DNA of 64,000 bases from Phyllobates terribilis (lineage: Eukaryota), in contig NW_027362946.1 in the NCBI RefSeq assembly GCF_046119375.1, positions 3,534,001 through 3,598,000 of the forward strand, written 5' to 3'. The notes beneath the pieces are model-generated. The model saw only the letters and a list, made by a program, of their open reading frames with translations, did no database searches and was not told the origin of the DNA. This document shows positions 61,601 through 64,000 of the stretch, piece by piece (within the stretch, counting starts at the first letter, position 1; every line of letters starts with the position of its first letter). Both the position numbers and the translations under genes were made by a program.

Positions 61601-64000
61601 GAGCCCGGGGGAAGAGAGAATGCCCAAGATTGTGGGTCCCTTGTAGGAGCGAGATGACAATTCCCACCCTTTGTTCTTCACTCCCCGATGACCGAGGCCG
61701 CAGCCGAAAGTACAACTTGCATGCCTCCCGGAAAACAAAAAAACTTGTCCCGCCCCCCAGTGAACCTGTCAGGGAGAGCTACTTTAGGTTCTGGTCCTGC
61801 TTGCTCTTGGGGATACAAAACCTTGGACCTAACGTCCGCCAGCTCCATGGACAAACTCTGCAACTGCCGAGCTAGACCGGCTACTGGATCCATGGTAGCT
61901 GGAGAGCATCTTAGTGGGTCGGTGAAAATGTCACGCTGTCTCTGCGTACAGGAGGTCCTGAGAAGGACCCCGATCACAACAATAGGGAACAGGAAATAAT
62001 ATGCCAACACTCAGTACTTAGATGAACGAGACAGTACAAGGGTTAAACCAAAAACCACCTTGTATACAAAAACTACACCACAACAACAGAGGGAACACCA
62101 ACGGGAAAGGAGATAAATGATAAAGCGAGGAAGGGAAAAACCACACCAAATACACTTAGCTCAGAACTCCAAAATACCACGATCCGCTCTGTTTGTCTGT
62201 ATGAAATGCTTTCACCGACACTACCCTAACAGACCGGCAGGCATTTGAAGGAGTCCCACTACTGCAGCATTGATTGCAGCTGGGCGAGGCTGGACCTTGT
62301 CTAGCACAGAGAGAGAGAGTTAACTCTCTCACTGCCGAAAAACACAAAACACCAAAAACTCAGCTGCGAGAAGTCAGGCTGTGTAATCGTGACGATCTTC
62401 GTGGCGACACACCCGTGACAATATCCCTTGGATGAGCCTTCCTTGTCAAACAGGGACAAAGCCCCAAAACTGGATGCGGCCATAGTAAAGGCGGCTTAGA
62501 TGTACATTGGAGATGTTGACTGGTGCTCTAGAGCCAACAATGGCTGTTACATGTACAGCCAGATCCTTAATCATCTGGTTGGATCATCTGGAAACCCAGT
62601 TAAAAGACACAATGTCAAGACTATGTCAAGACACAATATCTTGGCCACTGTCCCACTTATGCGAGGGGCTGCAGCTTTTCTATCTTCGCTTCGGCTGATT
62701 CAAGTTTGTTTAGCGGCAAGGTCAGCAGACATTTCAAACACTTATGGTTAAAATGTTGGCCAGGGAAACTCCAGGCTAGAATGAGACTGTGTGCCATTCC
62801 GTGTGAGGGGGAACACCTGTTTGGCCCAGCTTTGGAAAAGGCTTGCAATGCTAAAAAGGGATATCCTAACTTGTCCATCCCAGCCTGCAAGCGATCCTTC
62901 CGGAAAAGAAGGTTGAATTGAAGGAAGACCTCCACAGATCAAGACAAATGGAAAGATCAAAGAAGAAAAGGTAGCAGCTTCATGTTCGGAACCTCTTCCC
63001 AGGATTCCAAAAAAGTCAGTGATTTCCAGCCCAGGTGGGGGGAGACTTTCGTCCTTCTTCCCGGCCTGGGAAAAAATATCGGGAAACAGTTGGATTCTCG
63101 GCCTGATAAAATCCGGTCTAGAAATGGAGTTCCGCTCAATCCCGCATGGAAGATTCGTGGTAATTCCCTCTAGGTCTTTGTCAGCAGGGCAACGGGCCCA
63201 GAGGCCAAAGTCTCAGCTGGTGCAGAAGGCTGTCCTATTAGAAGTTTCAGTGTCAGAAAGAGGGAAGGGATTTTAATCCCCTCTCTTTCTAATCAAGAAA
63301 CCAAACTGCTCTTTCAGGATGATAATACATTTGAAGGGCTTTATTAAATTCCTGAGAATCCTTTCATTCAAAATGGAATATGTAAAATCTGCAATAAAGT
63401 TACTCTTCCCAGAAGAGGTGATGGCCCGTCTCCGGGAGAAGAATGTATTGATTATCCTGTATTTGTATAATTTTCTGGTTGTAGGCAATTCGACCTGGCA
63501 TTGCACTAGTCAGTTACAGGAAGTGATATCCACCTAAGAATGTTTAGGTTGGCTATTGAACCTTAAAAAGTCAAAGATAGAGCCCCTAAAAATACAGTAA
63601 TATTTGGGGCTACTGCTGGACTCAGAGGTGCAGAAGTATCATTTCCCAGGCGATAAAAAAGAAAAGATCCGAGGCCAGATGTTAAGGGCCCTGAAATTCC
63701 CCATCCTGTCCCTTAGAAGCGCTATGTCCCTTCTAGGTTTCTAACTTTGTGCCTTCCGGCAGTCTTGTGAGCCCAGTTCCATACTAGAGCCTTGCAGTAG
63801 GATGTGTTAAGAAATTACATTTCCTTTAGAGGACACCTGGAAGGAAGGTTGATGCTATCCCCAATGTCAATGCAGTCCCTTCTTTGGTGGCTGAGTGTCA
63901 CTAATCTGTCCAGGTGGGCTCCGTAGTAGACGTAGTAAACCAGGGCTTTTGGACGGGGACAAGAGAGTTTTTTGTTCCTCAAACTTGAAGGAATTACTTG
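55661..64000 (+). mobile_element. Degenerate DIRS1-like retrotransposon, split by the Gypsy insertion and running off the window
   Basis: Left ITR cccatgacagcacca / caaggacagg. gag-like frames at 56600-57129 resume at 62426 (SIKRRY|PLDE). RT-region motifs VGGRL, GKGF and FKMEYVK at 63030-63400. Confidence 0.8.
57130..62420 (-). mobile_element. Full-length chromodomain Gypsy (Tf1/sushi-like) LTR retrotransposon with frameshifted ORFs. 5' LTR 61929-62420, 3' LTR 57130-57754
   Basis: TG..CA LTRs, TSD ATATC (57125-57129, 62421-62425) and PPT next to the 3' LTR. gag from ATG 61893 with CFFCGRKGHFIGEC; protease LLDSGA; RT YLDDILI; RNase H; integrase; chromodomain (YLVHWKGYGPEERMW). Confidence 0.96.

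Overview
Eukaryotic, repeat-dense vertebrate DNA, most likely a frog (inferred from Xenopus-type KRAB-like C2H2 zinc-finger genes, DIRS, Gmr1-like and chromodomain Gypsy elements, and frog-type MITEs). No prokaryotic features, RNA genes or CRISPR arrays are supported. The window holds a tandem segmental duplication: copy A is 1-20699 and copy B is 33975-50325. Each copy carries two paralogous spliced zinc-finger genes on the + strand. B1 is intact (6 coding exons, 590 aa, 12 fingers). A1 has a +1 frameshift before its 8-finger exon. A2 is cut off by a DIRS element after exon 4. B2 is intact through exon 5, and its finger exon is not in the window. The most unusual structure is an F-type lectin (fucolectin) gene fragment captured as an inverted pair. 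It sits inside a MITE arm, between 16-bp direct repeats, in the last intron of A1/B1. In copy A both lectin arms are broken. In copy B a 460-bp deletion leaves one uninterrupted 179-aa lectin ORF, whose ATG and TAG both come from the duplicated target site. A full-length chromodomain Gypsy element (57130-62420) shows sequence evidence for tRNA-independent self-priming and a -1 frameshift pseudoknot. The rest is nested TEs and minisatellites. Coordinates were counted by hand, so TE and repeat edges may be off by a few nt, and family names come from motif recognition rather than database searches.
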